Shown here piece by piece: positions 1 through 15,400 of a stretch of DNA of 64,000 nt. The translations under genes were made by a program, and so were the position numbers. Position 1 is the stretch's first letter; each line of letters begins with the position of its first letter. The notes under the pieces were generated by a model, which searched no databases, was not told where the DNA came from, and saw only the letters and a list, made by a program, of their open reading frames with translations. The stretch lies in assembly GCA_964016885.1 (NCBI GenBank), contig OZ024749.1:18414001-18478000 (forward strand), given 5' to 3'. This DNA comes from Eledone cirrhosa. Its lineage: Eukaryota.

Positions 1-345
1 AGACAAAACCTATATATTTGCTAGCATTGATATGCATCTGTATGTATGTATATGTTACTAGATATTAATTCTTTATAATTATCTCCAAATTATTTGTCGA
101 GCAATATTGGCCAAGACTGCTGCTATGGTGGCAGGCAGGCCGCTGTCTTATTAACAAACCACTCTCCACTGATTGACCTTGATGTCACGTGATTGATTCT
201 TTTTGTATTTGCCAACGACGCGGAGGCAGTGATTTTCTCAATGGCTAGGAATTCAGTCCACACTTTGCTATTTTCTATCCACTGAATTATTTTTGTATAA
301 GTTTCCAGATTCCTCGATTTGCCTGGATACTTAGCTGAGAATAGT

Positions 346-425
346 CTTCCCTGAAGACGAAATGATTTTCAATATTTTCTTCGGTAAGTATATTTATTCC
401 ATTTCAGAAACTAATTAGTTGGGAG
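346..425 (+). ncRNA. Type I hammerhead ribozyme in the 522-bp monomer (first copy; recurs every ~522 bp)
   Basis: Stem I cttcc(346-350)/gggag(421-425); core ctgaaga(351-357; ctgacga in many copies); stem II gaaatg(359-364)/catttc(400-405), in consensus copies enclosing atattttc-ttcg-gaaagtat; gaaa(407-410); stem III ct-aatt-ag within palindrome aactaattagtt; cleavage triplet GUU, cut after 420. Weak point: C-A mismatch at 10.1/11.1. Confidence 0.8.
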
Positions 426-3400
426 TGAAATTTTAGTAAGTAAGTTAATTTTATAATTTTCTTATTTTACGTCTCTCATATTATTGTTCTACAACCCCAT
501 GCATTGAACCACAAAGTTACTAAGACAAAACCTATATATTTGCTAGCATTGATATGCATCTGTATGTATATATATGTTACTAGATATTAATTCTTTATAA
601 TTAGCTCCAAATTATTTGTGGAGCAATATTGGCCAAGACTGCCGCTATGGTGGCAGGCCGCTGTCTTATTAACAAACCACTTTCCACTGATTGACCTTGA
701 TGTCACGTGATTGATTCTTTTTGTATTTGCCACCGACGCGGAGGCAGTGATTTTCTCAATGGCTAGGAATTCAGTCCACACTTTGCTATTTTCTATCCAC
801 TGAATTATTTTTGTATAAGTTTCCAGAGTCCTCGCTTTGTCTGGATACTTAGCTGAGAATAGTCTTCCCTGAAGACGAAATGATTCTCAATATTTTCTTC
901 GGAAAGTATATTTATTCCATTTCAGAAACTAATTAGTTGGGAGTGAAATATTAGTAAGTAAGTTAATTTTATATTTTTCTTATTTTACGTTTCTCATATT
1001 ATTGTTCTGCAACCCCATGCATTGAACCACAAAGTTACTAAGACAAAACCTATATATTTGCTAGCATTGATATGCATCCGTATGTATGTATATGTTACTA
1101 GATATTAATTCTTTATAATTATCTCCAAATTATTTGTCGAGCAATATTGGCCAAGACTGCTGCTATGGTGGCAGGCAGGCCGCTGTCTTATTAACAAACC
1201 ACTCTCCACTGATTGACCTTGATGTCACGTGATTGATTCTTTTTGTATTTGCCACCGACGCGGAGGCAGTGATTTTCTCAATGGCTAGGAATTCAGTCCA
1301 CACTTTGCTATTTTCTATCCACTGAATTATTTTTATATAAGTTTCCAGATTCCTCGATTTGCCTGGATACTTAGCTGAGAATAGTCTTCCCTGAAGACGA
1401 AATGATTCTCAATATTTTCTTCGGTAAGTATATTTATTCCATTTCAGAAACTAATTAGTTGGGAGTGAAATTTTAGAAAGTAAGATAATTTTATAATTTT
1501 CTTATTTTACGTCTCTCATATTATTGTTCTACAACCCCATGCATTGCACCACAAAGTTACTAAGACAAAACCTATATATCTGCTAGCATTGATATGCATC
1601 TGTATGTATATATATGTTACTAGATATTAATTATTTATAATTATCTCCAAATTATTCGTCTAGCAATATTGGCCAACACTGCTGCTATGATGGCAGGGTG
1701 GCCGCTGTCTTATTAACAAACCACTTTCCACTGATTGACCTCGATGTCACGTGATTGATTCTTTTTGAATGTGCCACCGACGCAGAGGCAGTGATTTTCT
1801 CAATGGGTAGGTATTCAGTCCACGCTTTGCTATTTTCTATCCACAGAATTATTTTTATGTAACTTTCCAGAGTCCTCGCTTTGCCTGGATACTTAGCTGA
1901 GAATAGTCTTCTCTGACGACGAAATGATTCTCAATATTTTCTTCGGAAAGTATATTTATTCCATTTCAGAAACTAATTAGTTGGGAGTGAAATTTTAGTA
2001 AGTAAGTTAATTTTATAATTTTCTTATTTTACGTCTCTCATATTATTGTTCTGCAACCCCATGCATTGAACCATAAAGTTACTAAGACAAAACCTATATA
2101 TTTGCTGGCATTGATATGCATCTGTATGTATATATATGTTACTAGATATTAATTCTTTATAATTATCTCCAAATTATTTGTCTGGCAATATTGGCCAAGA
2201 CTGCTGCTATGATGGCAGGGTGGCCGCTGTCTTATTAACAAACCACTTTCCACTGATTGACCTCGATGTCACGTGATTGATTATTTTTTAATGTGCCATC
2301 GACGCAGAGGCAGTGATTTTCTCAATGGCTAGGAGTTCAGTCCACGCTTTGCTATTTTCTATCCACTGAATTATTTTTGTATAAGTTTGCAGAGTCCTCG
2401 CTTTGCCTGGATACTTAGCTGAGAATAGTCTTCCCTGAAGACGAAATGATTCTCAATATTTTCTTCGGTAAGTATATTTATTCCATTTCAGAAACTAATT
2501 AGTTGGGAGTGAAATTTTAGTAAGTAAGTTAATTTTATAATTTTCTTATTTTACGTCTCTCATATTATTGTTCTGCAACCCCATGCATTGAACCACAAAG
2601 TTACTAAGTCAAAACCTATATATTTGCTAGCATTGATATGCATCTGTATTTATATATATGTTACTAGATATTAATTCTTTATAATTATCTCCAAATTATA
2701 GGTCTAGCAATATTGGCCAAGACTGCTGCTATGATGGCAGGCAGGCCGCTGTCTTATTAACAAACCACTTTCCACTGATTGACCTCGTTATCACGTGATT
2801 GATTCTTTTTGAATGTGCCACCGACGCAGAGGCAGTGATTTTCTCAATGGCTAGGAGTTCAGTCCACGCTTTGCTATTTTCTATCCACTGAATTATTTTT
2901 GTATAAGTTTCCAGAGTCCTCGCTTTGCCTGGATACTTAGCTGAGAATAGTCTTCCCTGACGACGAAATGATTCTCAATATTTCTTCCAAAAGTATATTT
3001 ATTCCATTTCATAAAGTAAATAGTTGGGAGTGAAATTTTAGTAAGTAAGTTAATTAAAATATTTTCTTATTTTACGTCTCTCATATTATTGTTCTACAAC
3101 CCCATGCATTGAACCACAAAGTTACAAAGACAAAACCTATATATTTGCTAGCATTGATATGCATCTGTATGTATATATATGTTACTAGATATTAATTCTT
3201 TATAATTATCTCCAAATTATTTGTCGAGCAATATTGGCCAAGACTGCTGCTATGGTGGCAGGCAGGCCGCTGTCTTATTAACAAACCACTTTCCACTGAT
3301 TGACCTCGATTGTCACGTGATTTATTCTTTTTGTATTTCCCACCGACGCGGAGGCAGTGATTTTCTCAATGGCTAGGAATTCAGTCCACACTTTGCTATT

Positions 3401-6400
3401 TTCTATACACTGAATTATTTTTGTATAAGTTTCCAGAGTCCTCGCTTTGCCTGGATACTTAGCCGAGTATAGTCTTCCCTGAAGACGAAATGATTCTCAA
3501 TATTTTCTTCGTAAAGTATATTTATTCCATTTCAGAAACTAATTAGTTGGGAGTGAAATTTTAGTAAGTAAGTTAATTTTATAATGTTCTTATTTTACGT
3601 CTCTCATATTATTGTTCTGCAACCCCATGCATTGAACCACAAAGTTACTAAGACAAAACCTATATATTTGCTAGCATTGATATGCATCTGTATTTATATA
3701 TATGTTACTAGATATTAATTCTTTATAATTATCTCCAAATTATTTGTCTAGCAATATTGGCCAAGACTGCTGCTATGATGGCAGGCAGGCCGCTGTCTTA
3801 TTAACAAACCACTTTCCACTGATTGACCTCGATGTCACGTGATTGATTCTTTTTGAATGTGCCACTGGCGCAGAGGCAGTGATTTTCTCAATGGCTAGGT
3901 GTTCAGTCCACGCTTTGCTATTTTCTATCCACTGAATTATTTTTGTATAAGTTTCCAGAGTCCTCGCTTTGCCTGGATACTTAGCTGAGAATAGTCTTCC
4001 CTGACGACGAAATGATTCTCAATATTTTCTTCCGAAAGTATATTTATTCCATTTCAGAAATTAAATAGTTGGGATTGAAATTTTAGTAAGTAAGTTAATT
4101 TTATAATTTTCTTATTTTACGTCTCTCATATTATTGTTCTGCAACCCCATGCATTGAACCACAAAGTTACTAAGACAAAACCTATATATTTGCTAGCATT
4201 GATATGCATCTGTATGTATATATATGTTACTAGATATTAATTCTTTATAATTATCTCCAAATTATTTGTGGAGCAATATTGGCCAAGACTGGCGCTATGG
4301 TGGCAGGCCGCTGTCTTATTAACAAACCACTTTCCACTGATTGACCTTGATGTCACGTGATTGATTCTTTTTGTATTTGCCACCGACGCGGAGGCAGTGA
4401 TTTTCTCAATGGCTAGGAATCCAGTCCACACTTTGCTATTTTCTATCCACTGAATTATTTTTGTATAAGTTTCCAGAGTCCTCGCTTCGACTGGATACTT
4501 AGCTGAGAATAGTCTTCCCTGAAGACGAAATGCTTCTCAATATTTTCTTCGGAATATATATTTATTCCATTTCAGAAACTAATCAGCTGGGAGTGAAATT
4601 TTAGTAAGTAAGTTAATTTTATAATTTTCTTATTTTACGTCTCTCATATTATTGTTCTACAACCCCATGCATTGAACCACAAAGCTACTGAGACAAAACT
4701 TATATATTTGCTAGCATTGATATGCATCTGTATGTATATATATGTTACTAGATATTAATTCTTTATAATTATCTCCAAATTATTTGTCGAGCAATATTGG
4801 CCAAGACTGCTGCTATGGTGGCAGGCAGGCCGCTGTCTTATTAACAAACCACTTTCCACTGATTGACCTCGATTGTCACGTGATTGATTCTTTTTGTATT
4901 TCCCACCGACGCGGAGGCAGTGATTTTCTCAATGGCTAGGAATTCAGTCCACACTTTGCTATTTTCTATACACTGAATTATTTTTGTATAAGTTTCCAGA
5001 GTCCTCGCTTTGCCTGGATACTTAGCTGAGAATAGTCTTCCCTGACGACGACATGATTCTCAATATTTTCATCGGAAAGTATATTTATTCCATTACAGAA
5101 ACTAATTAGTTGGGAGTGAAATTTTAGTAAGTAAGTTAATTTTATAATTTTCTTATTTTACGTCTCTCATATTATTGTTCTACAACCCCATGCATTGAAC
5201 CACAAAGTTACTAAGACAAAACCTATATATTTGCTAGCATTGATATGCATCTGTATGTATATATATGTTACTAGATATTAATTCTTTATAATTATCTCCA
5301 AATTATTTGTCTAGCAATATTGGCCAAAACTGCTGCTATGATGGCAGGCAGGCCGCTGTCTTAATAACAAACCACTTTCCACTGATTGACCTTGATGTCA
5401 CGTGATTGATTCTTTTTGAATTTGCCACCAACGCAGAGGCAGTGATTTTCTCAATGGCTAGGAATTCAGTCCACGCTTTGCTATTTTCTATCCACTGAAT
5501 TATTTTTGTATAAGTTTCCATAGTCCTCGCTTTGCCTGGATACTTAGCTGAGAATAGTCTTCCCAGAAGACAAAATGATTCTCAATATTTTCTTCGGAAA
5601 GTATATTTATTCCATTTAAGAAACAAATTAGTTGGGAGTGAAATTTTAGTAAGTAAGTTAATTTTATAATTTTCTTGTTTTACGTCTCTCATATTATTGT
5701 TCTACAACCCCATGCATTGAACCACAAAGTTACTAAGACAAAACCAATATATTTGCTAGCATTGATATGCATCTGTATGTATATATATGTTACTTGATAT
5801 TAATTCTTTATAATTATCTCCAAATGATTTGTCTAGCAATATTGGCCAAGACTGCTGCTATGATGGCAGGCAGGCCGCTGTCTTAATAACAAACCACTTT
5901 CCACTGATTGACCTTGATGTCACGTGATTGATTCTTTTTGAATTTGCCACCAACGCAGAGGCAGTGATTTTCTCAATGGCTAGGAATTCAGTCCACACTT
6001 TGCTATTTTCTATCCACTGAATTATTTTTGTATAAGTTTCCATAGTCCTCGCTTTGCCTGGATACTTAGCTGAGAATAGTCTTCCCAGAAGACAAAATGA
6101 TTCTCAATATTTTCTTCGGAAAGTATATTTATTCCATTTAAGAAACAAATTAGTTGGGAGTGAAATTTTAGTAAGTAAGTTAATTTTATAATTTTCTTGT
6201 TTTACGTCTCTCATATTATTGTTCTACAACCCCATGCATTGAACCACAAAGTTACTAAGACAAAACCTATATATTTGCTAGCATTGATATGCATCTGTAT
6301 GTATATATATGTTACTTGATATTAATTCTTTATAATTATCTCCAAATGATTTGTCTAGCAATATTGGCCAAGACTGCTGCTATGATTGCAGGCAGGCCGC

Positions 6401-9400
6401 TGTCTTATTAACAAACCACTTTCCACTGATTGACCTCGATGTCACGTGATTGATTCTTTTTGAGTGTGCCACCGGCGCAGAGGCAGTGATTTTCTCAATG
6501 GCTAGGAGTTCAGTCCACGTTTGCTATTTTCTATCCACTGAATTATTTTTGTATATGTTTCCAGAGTCCTCGCTTTGCCTGGATACTTAGCTGAGAATAG
6601 TCTTCCCTGACGACGAAATGATTCTCAATATTTTCTTCGGAAAGTATATTTATTCCATTTCAGAAATTAAATAGTTGGGAGTGAAATTTTAGTAAGTAAG
6701 TTAATTTTATAATTTTCTTATTTTACGTCTTTCATATTATTGTTCTGCAACCCCATGCATTGAACCACAAAGTTACTAAGACAAAACCTATATATTTGCT
6801 AGCATTGATATGCATCTGTATGTATATATATGTTACTAGATATTAATTCTTTATGATTATCTCCAAACTATTTGTCGAGCAATATTGGCCAAGACTGCTG
6901 CTATGATGGCAGGCAGGCCGCTGTCTTATTAACAAACCACTTTCCACTGATTGACCTCGATGTCACGTGATTGATTCTTTTTGAATGTGCCACCGACGCA
7001 GAGGCAGTGATTTTCTCAATGGCTAGGAGTTCAGTTCACGCTTTGCTATTTTCTATCCACTGAATTATTTTTGTATAAGTTTCCAGAGTCCTCGCTTTGC
7101 CTGGATACTTAGCTGAGAATAGTCTTCCCTGACGACGACATGATTCTCAATATTTTCTTCGGAAAGTATATTTATTCCATTTCAGAAAACTAAATAGTTG
7201 GGAGTGAAATTTTAGTAAGTAAGTTAATTTTATAATTTTCTTATTTTACGTCTCTCATATTATTGTTCTGCAACCCCATGCATTGAACCACAAAGTTACT
7301 AAGACATAACCTATATATTTGCTAGCATTGATATGCATCTGTATGTATGTATATGTTACTAGATATTAATTCTTTATGATTATCTCCAAACTATTTGTCG
7401 AGCAATATTGGCCAAGACTGCTGCTATGATGGCAGGCAGGCCGCTGTCTTATTAACAAACCACTTTCCACTGATTGACCTCGATGTCACGTGATTGATTC
7501 TTTTTGTATTTGCCACCGACGCGGAGGCAGTGATTTTCACAATGGCTAGGAATCCAGTCCACACTTTGCTATTTTCTATCCACTGAATTATTTTTGTATA
7601 AGTTTCCATAGTCCTCGCTTTGCCTGGATACTTAGCTGAGAATAGTCTTCCCAGAAGACAAAATGATTCTCAATATTTTCTTCGGAAAGTATATTTATTC
7701 CATTTAAGAAACAAATTAGTTGGGAGTGAAATTTTAGTAAGTAAGTTAATTTTATAATTTTCTTGTTTTACGTCTCTCATATTATTGTTCTACAACCCCA
7801 TGCATTGAACCACAAAGTTACTAAGACAAAACCAATATATTTGCTAGCATTGATATGCATCTGTATGTATATATATGTTACTTGATATTAATTCTTTATA
7901 ATTATCTCCAAATGATTTGTCTAGCAATATTGGCCAAGACTGCTGCTATGATGGCAGGCAGGCCGCTGTCTTAATAACAAACCACTTTCCACTGATTGAC
8001 CTTGATGTCACGTGATTGATTCTTTTTGAATTTGCCACCAACGCAGAGGCAGTGATTTTCTCAATGGCTAGGAATTCAGTCCACACTTTGCTATTTTCTA
8101 TCCACTGAATTATTTTTGTATAAGTTTCCATAGTCCTCGCTTTGCCTGGATACTTAGCTGAGAATAGTCTTCCCAGAAGACAAAATGATTCTCAATATTT
8201 TCTTCGGAAAGTATATTTATTCCATTTAAGAAACAAATTAGTTGGGAGTGAAATTTTAGTAAGTAAGTTAATTTTATAATTTTCTTGTTTTACGTCTCTC
8301 ATATTATTGTTCTACAACCCCATGCATTGAACCACAAAGTTACTAAGACAAAACCTATATATTTGCTAGCATTGATATGCATCTGTATGTATATATATGT
8401 TACTTGATATTAATTCTTTATAATTATCTCCAAATGATTTGTCTAGCAATATTGGCCAAGACTGCTGCTATGATTGCAGGCAGGCCGCTGTCTTATTAAC
8501 AAACCACTTTCCACTGATTGACCTCGATGTCACGTGATTGATTCTTTTTGAGTGTGCCACCGGCGCAGAGGCAGTGATTTTCTCAATGGCTAGGAGTTCA
8601 GTCCACGTTTGCTATTTTCTATCCACTGAATTATTTTTGTATATGTTTCCAGAGTCCTCGCTTTGCCTGGATACTTAGCTGAGAATAGTCTTCCCTGACG
8701 ACGAAATGATTCTCAATATTTTCTTCGGAAAGTATATTTATTCCATTTCAGAAATTAAATAGTTGGGAGTGAAATTTTAGTAAGTAAGTTAATTTTATAA
8801 TTTTCTTATTTTACGTCTTTCATATTATTGTTCTGCAACCCCATGCATTGAACCACAAAGTTACTAAGACAAAACCTATATATTTGCTAGCATTGATATG
8901 CATCTGTATGTATATATATGTTACTAGATATTAATTCTTTATGATTATCTCCAAACTATTTGTCGAGCAATATTGGCCAAGACTGCTGCTATGATGGCAG
9001 GCAGGCCGCTGTCTTATTAACAAACCACTTTCCACTGATTGACCTCGATGTCACGTGATTGATTCTTTTTGAATGTGCCACCGACGCAGAGGCAGTGATT
9101 TTCTCAATGGCTAGGAGTTCAGTTCACGCTTTGCTATTTTCTATCCACTGAATTATTTTTGTATAAGTTTCCAGAGTCCTCGCTTTGCCTGGATACTTAG
9201 CTGAGAATAGTCTTCCCTGACGACGACATGATTCTCAATATTTTCTTCGGAAAGTATATTTATTCCATTTCAGAAAACTAAATAGTTGGGAGTGAAATTT
9301 TAGTAAGTAAGTTAATTTTATAATTTTCTTATTTTACGTCTCTCATATTATTGTTCTGCAACCCCATGCATTGAACCACAAAGTTACTAAGACATAACCT

Positions 9401-12400
9401 ATATATTTGCTAGCATTGATATGCATCTGTATGTATGTATATGTTACTAGATATTAATTCTTTATGATTATCTCCAAACTATTTGTCGAGCAATATTGGC
9501 CAAGACTGCTGCTATGATGGCAGGCAGGCCGCTGTCTTATTAACAAACCACTTTCCACTGATTGACCTCGATGTCACGTGATTGATTCTTTTTGTATTTG
9601 CCACCGACGCGGAGGCAGTGATTTTCACAATGGCTAGGAATCCAGTCCACACTTTGCTATTTTCTATCCACTGAATTATTTTTGTATAAGTTTCCAGAGT
9701 CCTCGCTTCGACTGGATACTTAGCTGAGAATAGTCTTCCCTGAAGACGAAATGCTTCTCAATATTTTCTTCGGAATATATATTTATTCCATTTCAGAAAC
9801 TAATCAGTTGGGTGTGAAATTTTAGTAAGTATGTTAATTTTATAATTTTCTTATTTTACGTCTCTCATATTATTGTTCTACAACCCCATGCATTGAACCA
9901 CAAAGCTACTGAGACAAAACTTATATATTTGCTAGCATTGATATGCATCTGTATGTATATATATGTTACTAGATATTAATTCTTTATAATTATCTCCAAA
10001 TTATTTGTCGAGCAATATTGGCCAAGACTGCTGCTATGGTGGCAGGCAGGCCGCTGTCTTATTAACAAACCACTTTCCACTGATTGACCTCGATTGTCAC
10101 GTGATTGATTCTTTTTGTATTTCCCACCGACGCGGAGGCAGTGATTTTCTCAATGGCTAGGAATTCAGTCCACACTTTGCTATTTTCTATACACTGAATT
10201 ATTTTTGTATAAGTTTCCAGAGTCCTCGCTTTGCCTGGATACTTAGCTGAGAATAGTCTTCCCTGACGACGACATGATTCTCAATATTTTCATCGGAAAG
10301 TATATTTATTCCATTACAGAAACTAATTAGTTGGGAGTGAAATTTTAGTAAGTAAGTTAATTTTATAATTTTCTTATTTTACGTCTCTCATATTATTGTT
10401 CTACAACCCCATGCATTGAACCACAAAGTTACTAAGACAAAACCTATATATTTGCTAGCATTGATATGAATCTGTATGTATATATATGTTACTAGATATT
10501 AATTCTTTATAATTATCTCCAAATTATTGGTCTAGCAATATTGGCCAAAACTGCTGCTATGATGGCAGGCAGGCCGCTGTCTTAATAACAAACCACTTTC
10601 CACTGATTGACCTTGATGTCACGTGATTGATTCTTTTTGAATTTGCCACCAACGCAGAGGCAGTGATTTTCTCAATGGCTAGGAATTCAGTCCACGCTTT
10701 GCTATTTTCTATCCACTGAATTATTTTTGTATAAGTTTCCATAGTCCTCGCTTTGCCTGGATACTTAGCTGAGAATAGTCTTCCCAGAAGACAAAATGAT
10801 TCTCAATATTTTCTTCGGAAAGTATATTTATTCCATTTAAGAAACAAATTAGTTGGGAGTGAAATTTTAGTAAGTAAGTTAATTTTATAATTTTCTTGTT
10901 TTACGTCTCTCATATTATTGTTCTACAACCCCATGCATTGAACCACAAAGTTACTAAGACAAAACCTATATATTTGCTAGCATTGATATGCATCTGTATG
11001 TATATATATGTTACTTGATATTAATTCTTTATAATTATCTCCAAATGATTTGTCTAGCAATATTGGCCAAGACTGCTGCTATGATTGCAGGCAGGCCGCT
11101 GTCTTATTAACAAACCACTTTCCACTGATTGACCTCGATGTAACGTGATTGATTCTTTGTGAATGTGCCATCGACGCAGAAGAAGTGATTTTCTCAATGG
11201 TTAGGAGTTCAGTCCACGCTTTGCTATTTTCTATCCACTGAATTATTTTTGTATAAGTTTCCAGAGTCCTCACTTTGCCTGGATACTTAGCTGAGAATAG
11301 TCTTCCCTGACGACGACATGATTCTCAATATTTTCTTGGGAAAGTATATTTATTCCATTTCAGAAACTAAATATTTGGGAGTGAAATTTTAGTAAGTAAG
11401 TTAATTTTATAATTTTCTTATTTTACGTCTCTTATATTATTGTTCTGCAACCCCATGCATTGAACCACAAAGTTACTAAGACAAAACCTATATATTTGCT
11501 AGCATTGATATGCATCTGTATGTATATATATGTTACTAGATATTAATTCTTTATAATTATCTCCAAGTTATTTGTCTAGCAATATTGGCCAAGACTGCTG
11601 CTATGATGGCAGGCAGGCCGCTGTCTTATTAACAAACCACTTTCCACTGATTGACCTCGATGTCACGTGATTGATTCTTTTGGTATTTGCCACCGACACG
11701 GAGGCAGTGATTTTCTCAATGGCTAGGAATTTAGTCCACACTTTGCTATTTTCTATCCACTGAATTATTTTTGTATACGTTTCCAGAGTCCTCGCTTTGC
11801 CTGGATACTTAGCTGAGAATAGTTTTCCCTGAAGGCGACATGATTCTCAATATTTTCTTCGGAAAGTATATTTATTCCATTTCAGAAACTAATTAGTTGG
11901 GAGTGAAATTTTAGTAAGTAAGTTAATTTTATAATTTTCTTATTTTACGTCTCTCATATTATTGTTCTGCAACCCCATGCATTGAACCACAAAGTTACTA
12001 AGACAAAACCTATATATTTGCTAGCATTGATATGCATCTGTATGTATATATATGTTACTAGATATTAATTCTTTATAATTATTTCCAAACTATTTGTCGA
12101 GCAATATTGGCCAAGACTGCTGCTATGATGGCAGGCAGGCCGCTGTCTTATTAACAAACCACTTTCCACTGATTGACCACGATGTCACGTGATTAATCCT
12201 TTTTGAATTTGCCACCGACGCAGAGGCAGTGATTTTCTCAATGGCTAGGAATTCAGTCCACGCTTTGCTATTTTCTATCCACTGAATTATTTTTGTATAA
12301 GTTTCCAGAGTCCTCGCTTTGCCTGGATACTTAGCTGAGAATAGTCTTCCCTGACGACAAAATGATTCTCAATACTTTCTTCGGAAAGTATATTTATTCC

Positions 12401-15400
12401 ATTTCAGAAACTAAGTAGTTGGGAGTGAAATTTTAGTAAGTAAGTTAATTTTATAATTTTCTTATTTTACGTCTCTCATATTATTGTTCTGCAACCCCAT
12501 GCATTGAACAACAAAGTTACTAAGACAAAACCTATATATTTGCTAGCATTGATATGCATCTATATATATATATGTTACTAGATATTAATTCTTTATAATT
12601 ATCTCCAAATTATTTGTCTAGCAATATTGGCCAAGACTGCTGCTATGATTGCAGGCAGGCCGCTGTCTTATTAACAAACCACTTTCCACTGATTGACCTC
12701 GATGTCACGTGATTGATTCTTTTTGAATGTGCCACCGACGCAGAGGCAGTGATTTTCTCAATGGCTAGGAATTCAGTCCACGCTTTGCTATTTTCTATCC
12801 ACTGAATTATTTTTGTATAAGTTTCCATAGGACTCGCTTTGCCTGGATACTTAGCTGAGAATCGTCTTCCCTGAAGACAAAATGATTCTCAATATTTTCT
12901 TCGGAAAGTATATTTATTCCATTTCAGAAACTAATTAGTTGGGAGTGAAATTTTAGTAAGTAAGTTAATTTTATAATTTTCTTGTTTTACGTCTCTCATA
13001 TTATTGTTCTACAACCCCATGCATTGAACCACAAAGTTACTAAGACAAAACCTATATATTTGCTAGCATTGATATGCATCTGTATGTATATATATGTTAC
13101 TAGATATTAATTCTTTATAATTATCTCCAAATTATTTGTCGAGCAATATTGGCCAAGACAGTTGCTATGGTGGCAGGCAGGCCGCTGTCTTATTAACAAA
13201 CCACTTTCCACTGATTGACCTTGATGTCACGTGATTGATTCTTTTGGTATTTGCCACCGACACGGAGGCAGTGATTTTCTCAATGGCTAGGAATTTAGTC
13301 CACACTTTGCTATTTTCTATCCACTGAATTATTTTTGTATAAGTTTCCAGAGTCCTCGCTTTGCCTGGATACTTAGCTGAGAATAGTTTTCCCTGAAGAC
13401 GAAATGATTCTCAATATTTTCTTCGGAAAGTATATTTATTCCATTTCAGAAACTAATTAGTTGGGAGTGAAATTTTAGTAAGTAAGTTAATTTTATAATT
13501 TTCTTATTTTACGTCTCTCATATTATTGTTCTACAACCCCATGCATTGAACCACAAAGCTACTAAGACAAAACCTATATATTTGCTAGCATTGATATGCA
13601 TCTGTATGTATATATATGTTACTAGATATTAATTCTTTATAATTATCTCCAAATTATTTGTATAGCAATATTGGCCAAGACTGCTGCTATGATTGCAGGC
13701 AGGCCGCTGTCTTATTAGCAAACCACTTTCCACTGATTGACCTCGATGTCACGTGATTGATTCTTTTTGAATGTGCCACCGACGCAGAGGCAGTGATTTT
13801 CTCAATGGCTAGGAGTTCAGTTCACGCTTTGCTATTTTCTATCCACTGAATTATTTTTGTATAAGTTTCCAGAGTCCTCGCTTTGCCTGGATACTTAGCT
13901 GAGAATAGTCTTCCCTGACGACGAAATGATTCTCAATATTTTCTTCGGAAAGTATATTGATTCCATTTTAGAAACTAAATAGTTGGCAGTGAAATTTTAG
14001 TAAGTAAGTTAATTTAATAATTTTCTTATTTTACGTCTCTCATATTATTGTTCTACAACCTCATGCATTGAACCACAAAGTTACTAAGACAAAACCTATA
14101 TATTTGCTAGCATTGATATGCATCTGTATGTATATATATGTTACTAGATATTAATTCTTTATAATTATCACCAAATTATTTGTCTAGCAATATTGGCCAA
14201 AACTGTTGCTATGATGGCAGGCAGGCCGCTGTCTTATTAACAAACCACTTTCCACTGATTGACCTTGATGTCACGTGATTGATTCTTTTTGAATTTGCCA
14301 CCGACGCAGTGGCAGTGATTTTCTCAATGGCTAGGAATTCAGTCCACGCTTTGCTATTTTGTATCCACTGAATTATTTTTGTATAAGTTTCCAGAGTCCT
14401 CGCTTTGCCTGGATACTTAGCTTAGAAAAGTCTTCCCTGACGACGAAATGATTCTCAATATTTTCTTCGGAAAGTATATTTATTCCATTTCAGAAACTAA
14501 TTAGTTGGGAGTGAAATTTTAGTAAGTAAGTTAATTTTATAATTTTCTTATTTTACGTCTCTCATATTATTGTTCTACAACCCCATGCATTGAACCACAC
14601 AGTTACTAAGACAAAACCTCTATATTTGCTAGCATTGATATGCATCTGTATGTATATATATGTTACTAGATATTAATTCTTTATGATTACCTCCAAACTA
14701 TTTGTCGAGCAATATTGGCCAAGACTGTTGCTATGATGGCAGGCAGGCCGCTGTCTTATTAACAAACCACTTTCCACTGATTGACCTCGATGTCACGTGA
14801 TTGATTCTTTTTGAATGTGCCACCAAAGCAGAGGCAGTGATTTTCTCAATGGCTAGGAGCTCAGTTCACGCTTTGCTATTTTCTATCCACTTAATTATTT
14901 TTGTATAAGTTTCCTCGCATTGCCTGGATACTTAGCCGAGAATAGTCTTCCCTGAAGACGAAATGATTCTCAATATTTTCTTCGTAAAGTATATTTATTC
15001 CATTTCAGAAACTAATTAGTTGGGAGTGAAATTTTAGTAAGTTAATTTTATAATTTTCTTATTTTACGTCTCTCATATTATTGTTCTACAACCCCATGCA
15101 TTGAACCACAAAGTTACTAAGACAAAACCTATATATTTGCTAGCATTGATATGCATCTGTATGTATATATATGTTACTAGATATTAATTCTTTATAATTA
15201 TCTCCAAATTATTTGTCGAGCAATATTGGCCAAGACTGCTGCTATGGTGGCAGGCAGGCCGCTGTCTTATTAACAAACCACTTTCCACTGATTGACCTCG
15301 ATTGTCACGTGATTGATTCTTTTTGAATTTGCCATGGACGCAGAGGCAGTGATTTTCTCAATGGCTAGGAATTCAGTCCATGCTTTGCTATTTTCTATCC

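Noticed and set aside
869-920. Alternative HHR register using cgaa/ttcg as stem II and the first gaaa (ttcggaaagtat)
   Set aside because: The downstream sequence (attcc) cannot pair with cttcc to form stem I; the distal gaaa-ctaattag-tt-gggag register closes all three stems.
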